Shown one piece after another: positions 50,401 through 61,094 of a DNA stretch of 64,000 nt. Origin of the DNA: Phoronis australis (taxonomy: Eukaryota > Animalia > Phoronida); NCBI GenBank assembly GCA_002633005.1, contig NMRA01000307.1, positions 148,688-212,687 on the forward strand. The letters run 5' to 3'. Below the pieces are notes generated by a model that saw only the letters and a list, made by a program, of their open reading frames with translations, ran no database searches and was not told where the DNA came from. The number at the start of each line of letters is the position of its first letter. The first letter of the stretch is position 1. A program made the translations under genes and the position numbers.

Positions 50401-53400
50401 CAGAACGGAGTTAAGTCAATATGAAAGGGCCTAGTGAAATGAGAGTACAAGGTCGTTTCTACTCGATCTGGTTTCGAATTCTGTTGAAAACCACAAAACG
50501 TTATTTCTTTCATCTGTCTTCATTTTTGCATTGGGTTTTTGTGCTCTTAACAAATATATTGTAACATACCACCAGTTTAAATGTGGGAACACATCACTTG
50601 CAGAATGCATGATTATTCTTCACTTATTTTGCGCAAAATTTATTTCCAAAATTGCAATTTTTCTATTTTAAGAGGCGTTAATTTGTTGCATTGCAAATGA
50701 TAGAAACATAACTGACTGTTTCTTTATGTCATGTACATTGTACAAACCAAGCTTAGACTAGAATGTTACTAATTTTTGTTTTTGTTCATTAATTTGACAA
50801 AATAGCATTTGGCTGGTGTACCATTTTGTATGTTAGATAAGTAAAGAATTACCATAGGTGGCGTTGGCTTGGCAGCTTGTTTCAGTTGGAGACTCAGCTG
50901 CATGAGAATTGTAATGCTATTTTTCAGTTTTATTTATTACCTTTTAGCAAGTTCTATCCTGAGTGTGTTTTGACTTCCATAAATGAAGGAAGTATTAAAT
51001 GTAAACAGGGGGCGATGCCTAAACATTAGATTAGTCTTATCCTGCTCACTGATAAGGTGACTTGTGCCTTACTATACCTTTTATCTTCAGCCGCCCTTTC
51101 AGTATTTGTGGAAAGATAAGTGTTTGGAAATACTCCAGTTAAAACCTGATAATGTAACCTGCTGATTTCTTTTGATACATGAGTTGGAGCTCTTTCCTTA
51201 TGTATTTATGTTGCACATTTGTCAGTCTTCATGGAAATGCAAATGTTATTTTGTTATAATTCCAAATTGCTAAGTAAGGTAAACTATGGTAAAAATTAAG
51301 GACAGTAGAAATTTTGCTCAAGGTTGATGCTTGTACCAAATTTTAGAAATAACAATACTGGCTGTCCCTAATTCAAGAAATAACAACTGGCCATTCACCT
51401 TGATGTTGTACTCAGGACATATAGGAATGTTGCATGACAACTATTTTTGATGATATGAAGAACTGAAAAGTCTGTAATCAGACTCTGTTGATACAAAACT
51501 TAAAGTCTGATATTTGAGAAACATGATCCCTTCCAAAATTGCTTATGTCCCAATATACTAAATCAAGTAAATTCGGTTTAAATTTTGATGTCCCAAAATC
51601 TAGAGCCTGTCCTGCATTACAGAATTTTTATGGTAATGATAATACTTAGTTTAACACACTTAAGCCACCGAATGCAACAAATTGGATAACCTATTAAGTA
51701 ATGCTTCACTTATTAAGCCTACAAGTGAATTCTATTTTGTCAAATATATCCTCATAATAAAGCACTGTCAACATTGCTGTTTTTTGGAGCATAACGGACC
51801 ATCACCATAACACATTCTTAAGTACATAGCAACAGGTTCATTTTTGTGAAACGAAGAGTTTACCTCTGGCTTTCAAAATCATGTTATTTATTGTCATGAT
51901 TAGTAGACTGGCCTTTTTTGAAGTTGCACAATTTCCCCAATTTGAATTTCCTGTGATGTTTGCAGTTCTGAAGTTAGAACCATGTTGACTCAGTTGTTTA
52001 TTACTTGCATTTTATGCACTCATGTAGTTTGGAGATAGTTAGGGTATTCCTAATATCAGGCTTGTTCTTATTTCGCACAAAGTAACAATCAAAATGGTCA
52101 TTTTTCTATTTTTCAAAGGCTCATTTACTTTGCTGCATATCAGAGGAACAAATGTTGTTTATGGCATTAAGACTTTTCAATAATTGCTTATAATTGACTC
52201 AGCGAGTCCGCGGTACTTCTTAATTCTGATTTTGCTGAGTAATTAAAAAAACACAAAATGTCACTTGTTTGGTAAATTGGTGAAGAAGTGTCATAAGCAA
52301 AATAAATGAAATATAAATATTGTCCTCAAACTCACACTGCCTCATTGGTTACCCACAATGCAATACATCCTTACCCTGCTGTTCTCACTATTTTGTATAA
52401 AAATTACCACTCCCACCTTAGTGGCCACTTACAAAGTTTCACTTTCAAAGACCACGCTCAATTTAACGCCCAGCCCCACTTTATTTGATCAAGATTCCAT
52501 TGAAAGTCTCATGTGCACGCCTAGCTTACGGCAAATTTAGCAGCCAAAGCATACTTTTGAATAAGCAATAGCCAGATTTTCTGCATCACCTTGCCTTATC
52601 TTAGCACAGAAAATACCTGTATTCTCCTATTCTCCAAAATCCACTGAACGAGAAACATAGCAATGAATCGATCTACTTTTCTCGACTTGCCTCGGCTTTA
52701 TAACTACTTTCTATGTCAGAGGCCCGTGGACAGAGGTCATGACCTTTTAGAAAAGCTATGCTATTTTTGTTAAATAATGCTTTTACTCAAAACCAATTGA
52801 AAATTTAAACAAAATGGAAAGAAAGTGAATCTATAAATTAAGGTTTAGCAACTATTATAGCTTACTACACATTTTATCACGCTAAGCTTTGACCTGAAAA
52901 TATCATCTGCTGAAGTAGGTTACCACTAGTAACTGAGTATAATGCTCAAGTCATAGGATCCCGACGACATGATACCCGCATTCAAATTGGAGATCGGTGA
53001 TTTACAAGTGAGAGAACATGAAATTTCACTGAATTAAAACATCGTTTTTATGGAAATTATGCATCTTATTTTTCATAGCATATAAATGTCAGTATAATGC
53101 CCTTTATTGAACATGCGATTGTTACGTGTACTCATTTAAGTATTCTATTTTCACGTTTGATGACGTCAGCCGCTGAGTGGTGCAGTGGTAAAGTCCACGA
53201 CTCGAAACTCATGCGAACCGGGTTCGAAACCGGCCTCGATTCCCGCCAAAATGCTATCTCATTAGTGAGATAACTAAATAGGTTATTACACGGTTGTATT
53301 GGCCATTGGAGGCTGATATTGTGGTATAATAGATGTTCTCCTGTCTAAGCCTCCTAGTGTTAACTTTGATAAGAACAGTAATACTCGACTCATCATGCTG

Positions 53401-56400
53401 GTGTCAACAAGGTTTTGTGATACATATTGCTAACACCAAGGAACTTGACTAGTTGTTCAGTATTCATGGCTCAGTGTATCGTATAATTTTTGCTGGTCTA
53501 GCTAGGCTTTAGAAGTGGTTGGTTACATAGCTACATCATGTAATCCACCTAGTTAAGAGGAGATATGGTTTGTCACTGACGGGAACTCAGATAAACAGGG
53601 GAGTTGTGGCATTCTTAAAAAAGGAAAACATTAAATACTGAATGTTTGATATAATGCTGTGATGTTGTATGCTGGTTGGGTGCATTTTCTCGACAAATCT
53701 CGATTTTGTCACTGTTTCCATTTTTAGTGAAGCTGGCTCAACAAATTTGACAGAAAATTTACACCCTCTATTTTGTTTCAGGATGAGATGGAATCTTTTC
53801 CGCTTCATCTGATCAGTGAACCGACGGCATTTACGAACAAGGACAGGAAGGACCTTTACAACAATGTCATCCTCTTCTCTGTCTTGGAAGATACCAAACA
53901 ACGTCACTCTGGCCCATCAGAGATGCATATCTTCCAGGCCATTGGTATATCGGTGAGTGCTGACGCCACGAGGGTGTATGTTGACGCCACGAAGGTGTAT
54001 GTTTTTCTCTTCAAAACGTGCATCTTGTGCAGTTTCGTTGAGTTCCTGCCTGCCATTATATATCCCCTTTGCTTTCAAAACCTTCTGTTATGAAAAATAA
54101 GAAATGACAATTTTGGCAAATATTTTGTGTTAAATAAGTATTTTAAAAAATAGCATCAAATTAATGCTTTACCATCTTTACAAAAGATACCGTCATACAA
54201 TAATTTCAAGAGTTACAACATCATTAGACTTTTAGTAGTTCTTGAAATTGAAAAATTGGCAGTTTGCCAATTATTTTTGTATACCGTTGGGATAGCTTGT
54301 TTACCATAGTGTCAACACTTGATCAGTGTGTTGAGTTGTGCTACACACGTCTGATTCCTTAAGTAGGGTGTAATGTCTCATGTTGTCTGACTACAGTAAC
54401 TTTAGTAAAGTTTCCTCAGATTTGGAGACAACTTGACAAAAAAGTAGATTACTGTTATTCGGGCAAGTTTCATTTAAAAATTCAAATGAATATTTCAGCC
54501 TTCTCTTATATGACCAATAATGTAGTGTAACGTGGCTAAGCCATTATTCTGAATGTTGCTGCCTTGTTAGTTGATACCAGTCATTTTCATTGTTAACAGA
54601 TTGAATTAGTTGTCATGACGGTGAAACAGTATTTTGTCTGATTGCTTTTATGTACTTTAATGTGCCGTAACATAAGCTTCTTGTTGTTGCTACCATGTAG
54701 TGGCAGGTAGACTTTGTTAATTTCAACTTCTCATTGAATACTCTTGGCTTAAAACATTCAGTTGACATTATCTGTGTTTTTACAGGCTACAGATGTCGTA
54801 GATGAAATAAAGTATGCTAAAACTGACACACGACCATCTCATAAGCCATATGGGTGAGTATGGGGGGCTGCACTCGGACAGACACCTTCAGTTTTTCAAA
54901 TCAAATCATTACTCTAAAAGGGTGCCATAGACATTTTTACAATTTTTTCAAACTGTCAACCCCGGGAGACGCGTTGTTCTTATTGAAGTTCTTGGTGCAT
55001 GTGAGAGCAAACGTAACACAAACGTTTCAGTTTCATAGCCATTCTGCGTGTCTTCACGTCTTTGCTGCCCGATGGTGTGTTTACAAGTACAAGTTATTGA
55101 AGAGACTGGTGTGAGTGCAGAATTTGTAGGAGACGACTCAAAACAGTTCTGGAGACAACTCACATTTTTCAACTGTTTGTTACAAGAAATGTGATCAATA
55201 GTTGGAGTCAAACCCTAATAGTGCTAGACAGCATTATGTGTGGGCTTAGGAGACAACTCAAAGATTTTTGGGAGACCACTCCCACACCATCCACCTTATG
55301 TGATCAGATTTGTAACGACCAGTAAGACTGAAGCTGAGCTTGTTAACTAGCCAATCAGACCACAGCACAGACATGTGATCCACTAAAAGGAAATTATCAC
55401 CAGGGGTCACTATACCAGCACGCAATGGATGTTTGGGACAAAAGAAAATATGTCAGACATCCGTAGCCATAGGGGGTGATTACACGAATGGTTGTAATCA
55501 GGAAGAAAGTATATTAAATATCTGCCATGATAGTATAAAGGTATGTAAACAACGGGTGTTTGGGCTTATAGTCTGGGGGGTACTTCCATAGAAGTTGCAT
55601 GGATGGGGGGAGAGGGTTCACATCTACTCCCAACAAAAAGGTGGCTATTCTTTTCTAATGGGTATTTTTTCGATTCAGTTTCTCATGAAATAGAACTCTC
55701 TGGGGAACGAAGAAACAAAAGGAGGACTTAAGTGAAACAAAATGAAATTGTTGTTCTTTCATCGAAGGTCGCCAAAACCCGATCCCTTTGTGGAGTCCTC
55801 TCTGTTTAACTTTTCCAGCTGGTTCCCCAGACTTTGGCAGCCATATTGAATATAGTTGATAAGGAAAGGAAATAAGAAAACTGTCATCAAATAACTAATA
55901 TATAGGATGCCTGGACCAGTTATTTGTGATTAGTATTTGACACTGTTCACTGACCCACAGTGTTTTCATGGGTGGCGCACCATAGGGAGCTGGGGGGCTA
56001 TAGCTTTTTTCAGTGCTCCGGCGCCCATGGCCTATGGGCGGTGCATCGTAGGGAGGCTCCGCCGCCCATAGTTTTCTGGTTGTTGAAGTCGAGTGGGCTA
56101 ATAACTTGCATGTAAACCTGTTTATGCATGTGATAGTTCTTCACATGTTTAGCACACAATGTAGTGAAATTTTATTGTTTCAAATTTCTCAAACAAAAGT
56201 AACGATTATATTATTGTTGGCCTTGTTTGTACCATTGAGATGTTGTGAAACAACAATTGTTAAAAACAATGACAGTTTTGGCTATTAGTTTTTGTCTGAA
56301 ATGAATGAAGACAACCGTACTATACTATCACCTAAAGAGGGCGCTACTTTTCTTGGAGATTTGTTCTTGGAGCTTTAACCATCGCATTCTGTCTTTTTCT

Positions 56401-58867
56401 TTGTTTTCTCGTCTACTCAATAGGGAAGTCTCCAGTAAAACAATTTTTATCTTTTGTTTTAATTATTATAAAACTGTTGTTTTAACTACAACTTTGGTAG
56501 TTGTGTACTAAAGTAATATATGTAATAAGTGTGGATTTACAAGAAGAAATGAAAGTCAATAGTGAAGGAGTCCTTTAAGGTCACAAACAGGTAACTTGTA
56601 ACAAACAGATGGAGTGGATCAATCCAAACTCAGATATGATCATGAATATTTATATAGAATATCCTATAAGGTCATAGTTAACTTCTTGACCAGTGCACGA
56701 CTTAAAATAAAGTAATCGATGATGTTGGCCAATTCAAACTGTGATTTGATCATGAATATTTACTCAACATGTCCTATTAAATGTTAAACAATCTACAAAA
56801 TCACTTTTTGTGCAGTGATAAAACATACTTCTGCAGTACGTCGGCGTGTGTCTGGGAAAGACATTACGCAGTAGAATTTCTTAACTTTTGTATGCAAAAT
56901 GTCAATTTCTATTCAGTGATTAGTCCATTGCACATTAAAAAGTATACAGGACTTTGTTGGGACTTTTACTTGACATTTTCTGCTGCGTGTATCGTCGCCT
57001 TATACTGTCCTTGGCTCTTGTCCTCTGTTTAACATCATTTGACATTTTCATGCCAGGGGTCTCATCAAAGTAGTGAGTGCCTATCCACTCCAGTTAACCA
57101 GGTAATGCAATTGATCACTAAGAGAGTTTCCCATGGTTTCAAGATTATTTGATGGATATTCTTTTAAAAATTTCACTGGCTGTTATTGTGTAGCCTCACT
57201 TGCATGTCCACTGAGCTACAGTAATGAGACTACAGTATTCGCCCTAATAAGTGCCCATGCCCCTATAAGTGCCCCCCACGCATTTTCAGACTTAGCTAAA
57301 ATAAGTGCCCTGTTCCTGAACACCGTGTACATGCAAAAAATGCCTTACCTCCAGTTCTAAAATTCTACAGTAAGGAAAGGGATTGTAGTCCGGTACAGAT
57401 CTCCTCCCCCAGCAGGAATCTAAATCTCTTTGTACACATGAAAACCGCGAATCGAAGATTAATAAAAACTTGACCTTTGTTCAATTAAAAGCATGTGACT
57501 AGGAAACGCGCACTACATTCAAGAATCTGTCATCGAAGATTAGTCTTTGGGAACTATCTATTCAGGAAACAGGTAGCATAGCATCGTCAAGAAATAAATA
57601 CTGGCAATTATTTCCGAAAGTTTCTAATAATGTAAAAAACGTTAGCGTTATTTTTAAGGGGGAATTTTTAAATTAGTCATAATTGGTGTTTTTAAAGTCA
57701 AAATGACCCATTGATAGCGAACACTTCTGCACCCTAACATACCCCGAATCTCCCGAAAAATAACTGTTCGACTCTCGCAACCAGTCACCTGGCAACTCAA
57801 TGACATCGGCTTTGCTGAGCCAATTCTCGAACATTTTTTAGCAGATGAGATCAACAAATGCTAAATGAAACACGTTCTGTTTTACTGCTTGGGTTAGTTT
57901 CCATAGTTACAATGCACACCCAGATCGTTACATCGCGTTTACTCTGGCAAATGAACTCTCATGACACGCACGTGCTCGCTCTCTCATACAATACGCAGAT
58001 GAACTTCAAAACAAACCAACATCACGTGACAACAACATGTGTGTTCGCCCAGAGATTTTTCGCATGTTGCGGAGTACGATCTAGCACAGATTTGGACTTA
58101 ATATGCAGTTAATCTTAACTCCACAGGAACTTAGGAATGCTACTTTAAAAACTGAAGGATTTCAGGTTTGTTGAGTTGAAACTATATTTTTAATCAAGAA
58201 TTCAAGTTGACCTATCGGCGATCGCGATGCAACGACGCATCAGTCAGCGAGTTTTTACACTGGGATTTTCTGAAAAATACTTGTCATTTAGCAACAAAGT
58301 TTGATAGCAATGCTCTGCAATTTTGTAGATACTTTGTCATAGGTTACAGATGCATCACAGAGTGTAAATTTGATGAATTCTGGCTTACGATTTCACCTGT
58401 TTCAGAGACCCGGTTTCAACCACTTTTGGGCTATGATAAGCACCTCCCCTTCCTGAAACGAATTTTTCTAAATGCCTTGGGCGCTTATTAGGGTGAATAC
58501 GGTATTACCTTTTAGATCTATCCCCACACAAGGACGGGGCTCGCATGGTTTTATTTAATTTTGTGATCCCCATAAAGACCGAGTCATGAAATAAGTTTAC
58601 ACTTTAATTTTGTGTGTTTTATCGTCATTCTATAACAAAATGGAGCTCTCAGGTGTTATTTTGGAGTTTTCGGGTGTTACTTTGGTTTAGTAAACCATTT
58701 CGTCTTTGTTTTGTCTTTGAAGTTGACCATTTTCTCCCACCCAAGCACTGCGCTCAGTACAACTTTTAATTTGTAGCAACTCTACTGACTCCTGAACACA
58801 TGCATGTGAACATCTTGTGCCATGTTCATGGCCAAAAGTTCCCTTGACCCTGTTCACATATTGTGTG

Positions 58868-58898
<31 letters not shown>

Positions 58899-61094
58899 TC
58901 CTATTGTGTGTGTGCATTCATGTTTGCATGGGTTTGAGAACTGTTGATTTATTGCTGGTTTTGGATTTGAGGATTTATTGCCTGTGTTGGATGTGTAGAT
59001 TTATTGCCTGTGTTGGATCAGTGAACTTTACATCCTCCAATTGTTGGGTTGTTAAAAATATGATTGAGCAGACACAGTTTGGTGGCTCAAATAGTACAGT
59101 ACTTGTAAGCAGAACTAAATGAGACTGTACGACAAAGGTCAACTCAATACACTTTTTTAGTTGTACAGTACATAACGAGCAGTTTTGTGTTGAAGTTTCA
59201 GCAAACATATTTTTGAGTTCATAAGAATTTTATACTCTTTTTATGTATCAATTTATCATGTACATGATACACACTGGAATGCTCATTAGCATAAATTATA
59301 GTTTGGAATGCCCATTAGCATAATGAAAGTTTTCACCTTTAGTTTGTGCAGTGTGGAATTTTTGCTCATCAATGATCGAAAATGCAGTCACATGTATCGT
59401 TGTTTTGGTAGTGAATGGTAACACTGTCAACAAAATATTTAACACATTTTTGACGATTTAAAGCTGCTATTAATCTGCCTTCAGTGATAAAATTAGAACG
59501 AGATTGCTAATGCACATATAGGTCAACTAATGCACGTATAGGTCAACTTGTATCAATGAAAGACTGATTACTGAGCAGGAGATGACCAAAATTTACTTGT
59601 TAGTCAATTCAACTCTCAAGAAAAGTTTGGTATGCATCCCTAAGCTTAGAAGAACTGACAGACTACTTTCTTAGGACTGTATTTTGGAAGTGATGGGCTG
59701 AAAATAGGCTGGTTCCACAAGTGAAAGATAGTAACACTGGGACTGTCTTTAAGTCCAATTTCCAAGACCCTCCTGTGTTTGATAAGGCTGGTTTATCTTG
59801 TCTGGTTTGTGTTCTTCCCGGAACATCTATTGTATTGGTTGACAAATGTGATAGCGGACTGACTGAACATGAACAGGCTGAACTGGTCAGTTTGTTACTC
59901 AATTTTTCTTTTTGTTTATTACAAGTTTTCTTTAAATTGCACATGACTGGTTTGTGTGAAGTGTTTTCAACTTGTGACGGATTGGGTTGTAAAATAGGAA
60001 AGCTGTACTAAGCTCTTTAAATTTCTACCTTGTGTGTGATGACTTACTAGGAAGTTAATTCATTTTACTGTATTCTGCTTGAGACATTGTCTTTCCAACT
60101 TGGTGACTTAACCATTTCAGTTCTATTATATTCTGTCGCTCTTTTGTTTCAGGCCTCCCCGCGAGGAATACACCAACTACATTCCCCCACCTCCTGTGGT
60201 GCCTGCGCCTGAGCCCCCAGGTCAACGGCCACACGTCAGGGACGCGGTATCTAGACTGGAGCAGATGCACCTAGGTAAGACGTTGTTCAGATAGACTTTC
60301 GTACTCATTTGGGTTGCCTAACTTTAGCCTAACGCCTACTCCTTCTCTTCTAAACTTGCATGCTCGGGTTAAGGCATAGGCTCAATACAGTCAAGACTTA
60401 CATAAAATGCCTTTGACTTAGTGAATGGCTATCTCACAGACTTACTTAAAATGCCTTTAACTTAGTGAATGGCTATCTCACAGACTTACATAAAATGCTT
60501 TTAACTTAGTGAATGGCTATCTCACAGACTTACATAAAATGCCTTTAACTTAGTGAATGGCTATCTCACAGACTTACCTAAAATGCCTTTGACTTAGTGA
60601 ATGACTGTCTCACAGGATTTTTAACCTAGATTTGTCTAGTTTTTACAATTACTACATTTTGAGGGCTTTTGTCTTGGGCCCACAACACCAAGGTGGGCAC
60701 GTCTTATGTGATTTGTCTTTAACTCTAAATTCAGCTCTCCATACAGTCATGCATTCTTTCAGTTTTTCACACCAAAAGTACAGTTTCATTAATAGTTGAG
60801 AACTATCTATTTTTAATGTCCATACAGCATGAGCGGGTAATAGCCCAGTCAAATCTGTGATATAATCGTGTTAGAGATAGTACCCGAAGTATTTCATTAT
60901 GGCCATTTGGTGTTGTGGTTGTGATTTGTTGTTTTAGCAAAATTCCGCATACATGTTCTATCTATGTTGTCATATTTTTGATAGACTATGGCGAGTATGA
61001 AGACCGCCCACTGAATCGCTTTCGTGACAGCTATCGTCGTGGCCCTGAGGACGATCGTGATTCTGTTACGAGTGAAAAGACAGACAGAGAAGTG
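35400..61094 (+). CDS. EPS8: EPS8-family adaptor, 3'-partial. join(35400..35491,36994..37112,46729..46937,53782..53952,54786..54853,60153..60274,60985..61094)
   Basis: GT-AG introns with consistent phases. PTB domain YELDHLATF..EDGMNRLRQM..GVWT..DEMESFPL..YNNVILF..EMHIFQ, then IPPPP..PAPEPP and ..DREV, matching EPS8 as recalled (YRVEHLTTF, ELENFPL, DLHLFQ, IPPPPRAPAPAPP, IDRDV). Confidence 0.9.
36994..37112 (+). CDS. EPS8: EPS8-like exon GMVRDGRPPHDDLYSRVNKSNGAPPGLPPHYHENPAFVP
   Basis: TTTACAG acceptor, GTAAGT donor; phases 2/1 fit neighbours. Confidence 0.8.
37813..39520 (+). mobile_element. Kolobok-like DNA transposon, 1708 bp, non-autonomous
   Basis: TTAA TSD at 37809-37812 and 39521-39524; 17-bp TIR A(T/G)GAGAATGCCACCCAA; AGG-type ends rather than piggyBac CC; contains a THAP frame. 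Confidence 0.82.
37973..38296 (+). CDS. THAP zinc-finger ORF inside the Kolobok-like element; may be a relic
   Basis: C-x4-C (CIVPAC), SFFRLP, W, C-x2-HF (CGRHF) and downstream F match the THAP C2CH signature; no ATG at the start (ORF opens at GTG). Confidence 0.65.
   Translation: MNAVILRCIVPACPNYEALKKVGISFFRLPRVLEKLRKWFAVVKNERYAFNSKYEAVKHLRFCGRHFVDRDFSDEFRLTKELSIRSVACACSRCTSSTSWSVFSGSN
39900..40560 (-). mobile_element. Possible decayed LINE (CR1/L2-type) ORF2 fragment
   Basis: Minus-strand translation gives IFKAVLKKDDDPLHSHLSP, resembling the ILxDxxHPLH motif of CR1/L2 ORF2 C-termini; stops present. Confidence 0.3.
41850..42055. repeat. Minisatellite, ~28-bp unit TCACCATAATTTGTACATCAATACAATG, ~7 diverged copies
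   Basis: Direct reading. Confidence 0.85.
43035..43320. repeat. Minisatellite, 49-bp unit AGATACAGTACAAGATGAGGTGCCATCTTGTATGTAGCTTTGTGTTGTT, ~6 copies
   Basis: Direct reading; periodicity 43081 to 43130. Confidence 0.95.
44310..44660. mobile_element. Degenerate MITE related to the element ending at 869
   Basis: CCAAAATCCCAGGTCGCATTTT at the left and CAGGTCGCAAATGCAACCTG at the right mirror the 800-869 terminus. Confidence 0.45.
45666..46555. repeat. ~56-bp minisatellite (GAAGGTGTATTGAGCACTGTTTGGGTAATATGGCTAT.GCCTTGGTACATTCCTGT) split by a MITE
   Basis: About 3 copies before 45849 and about 2 after 46442. Confidence 0.88.
45849..46442. mobile_element. 594-bp MITE with CTCGCTGGTTCC TIRs and 9-bp TSD AGGTGTATT
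   Basis: TIR CTCGCTGGTTCC.TGCGTGC / GCACGCA.GGAACCAGCGAG; subterminal CCAGCACGCAGGTATCAC mirrored; TSD at 45840-45848 and 46443-46451. Confidence 0.88.
46729..46937 (+). CDS. EPS8: EPS8-like exon, PTB domain N-half
   Basis: CCTTACAG acceptor, GTAAGT donor; VYELDHLATF...EDGMNRLRQMETSAGVWT. Confidence 0.95.
47292..48077 (+). mobile_element. HINE element, shorter degraded copy of the 25935-27730 family
   Basis: ATGTGGGCGCATTATGCCG..GTCCGTCTGGCGTC 5' block; 3' GGCACATTTCAACGCTCTGCGTTGCTCTTGTT. Confidence 0.78.
49505..49630. repeat. Tandem repeat, 41-bp unit, 3 copies
   Basis: GTCATGTCATGATATCATATGTTCTTAATGCTTGGTGACAA. Confidence 0.88.
49928..50431 (-). mobile_element. Family B Harbinger-like MITE, full length, inverted orientation
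   Basis: TAA-GGGCCTTTCATACT ... ATATGAAAGGGCC-TAG; body is the reverse complement of 21094-21584. Confidence 0.85.
53169..53248 (+). pseudogene. tRNA-like sequence (pseudo-tRNA or SINE head)
   Basis: A box TGGTGCAGTGG and B box GGTTCGAAACC in an intact T-stem, but acceptor and anticodon stems pair poorly. Confidence 0.45.
53782..53952 (+). CDS. EPS8: EPS8-like exon, PTB domain C-half DEMESFPLHLISEPTAF...EMHIFQAIGIS
   Basis: TTTCAG acceptor, GTGAGT donor; 171 nt, phase 0/0. Confidence 0.95.
54786..54853 (+). CDS. EPS8: EPS8-like exon, PTB terminal helix ATDVVDEIKYAKTDTRPSHKPYG
   Basis: TTTACAG acceptor, GTGAGT donor. Confidence 0.87.
55967..56070. mobile_element. 104-bp micro-MITE (CATGGG..CCCATA), apparently a dimer, 5-bp TSD GTTTT
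   Basis: Termini CATGGGTGGCGCA / GCTCCGCCGCCCATA; internal junction GCGCCCATG-GC-CTATGGGCGG. Confidence 0.55.
57233..58502. mobile_element. 1270-bp TA-TSD MITE (Tc1/mariner/pogo-type)
   Basis: TA-CAGTATTCGCCCTAATAAGTGCCCA ... TGGGCGCTTATTAGGGTGAATACGG-TA; 25-bp TIR with 3 mismatches. Confidence 0.88.
58862..58916. repeat. (TG)n microsatellite, interrupted
   Basis: Direct reading. Confidence 0.95.
60153..60274 (+). CDS. EPS8: EPS8-like exon, proline-rich PPREEYTNYIPPPPVVPAPEPPGQRPHVRDAVSRLEQMHL
   Basis: TTTCAG acceptor, GTAAGA donor; IPPPPxxPAPxPP motif of the EPS8 family. Confidence 0.92.
60394..60616. repeat. Minisatellite, 44-bp unit AGACTTACATAAAATGCCTTTAACTTAGTGAATGGCTATCTCAC, 5 copies
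   Basis: Direct reading. Confidence 0.95.
60985..61094 (+). CDS. EPS8: EPS8-like exon DYGEYEDRPLNRFRDSYRRGPEDDRDSVTSEKTDREV
   Basis: TTTGATAG acceptor, GTGAGT donor; ends at DREV, which in EPS8 proteins precedes xILNHxxDDIE. Confidence 0.88.

Noticed and set aside
53169-53248. Functional tRNA gene
   Set aside because: Acceptor and anticodon stems do not pair properly; listed only as tRNA-like.
58687-59122. ORFs with HTHT / CVCV runs
   Set aside because: Translation of the (TG)n microsatellite.
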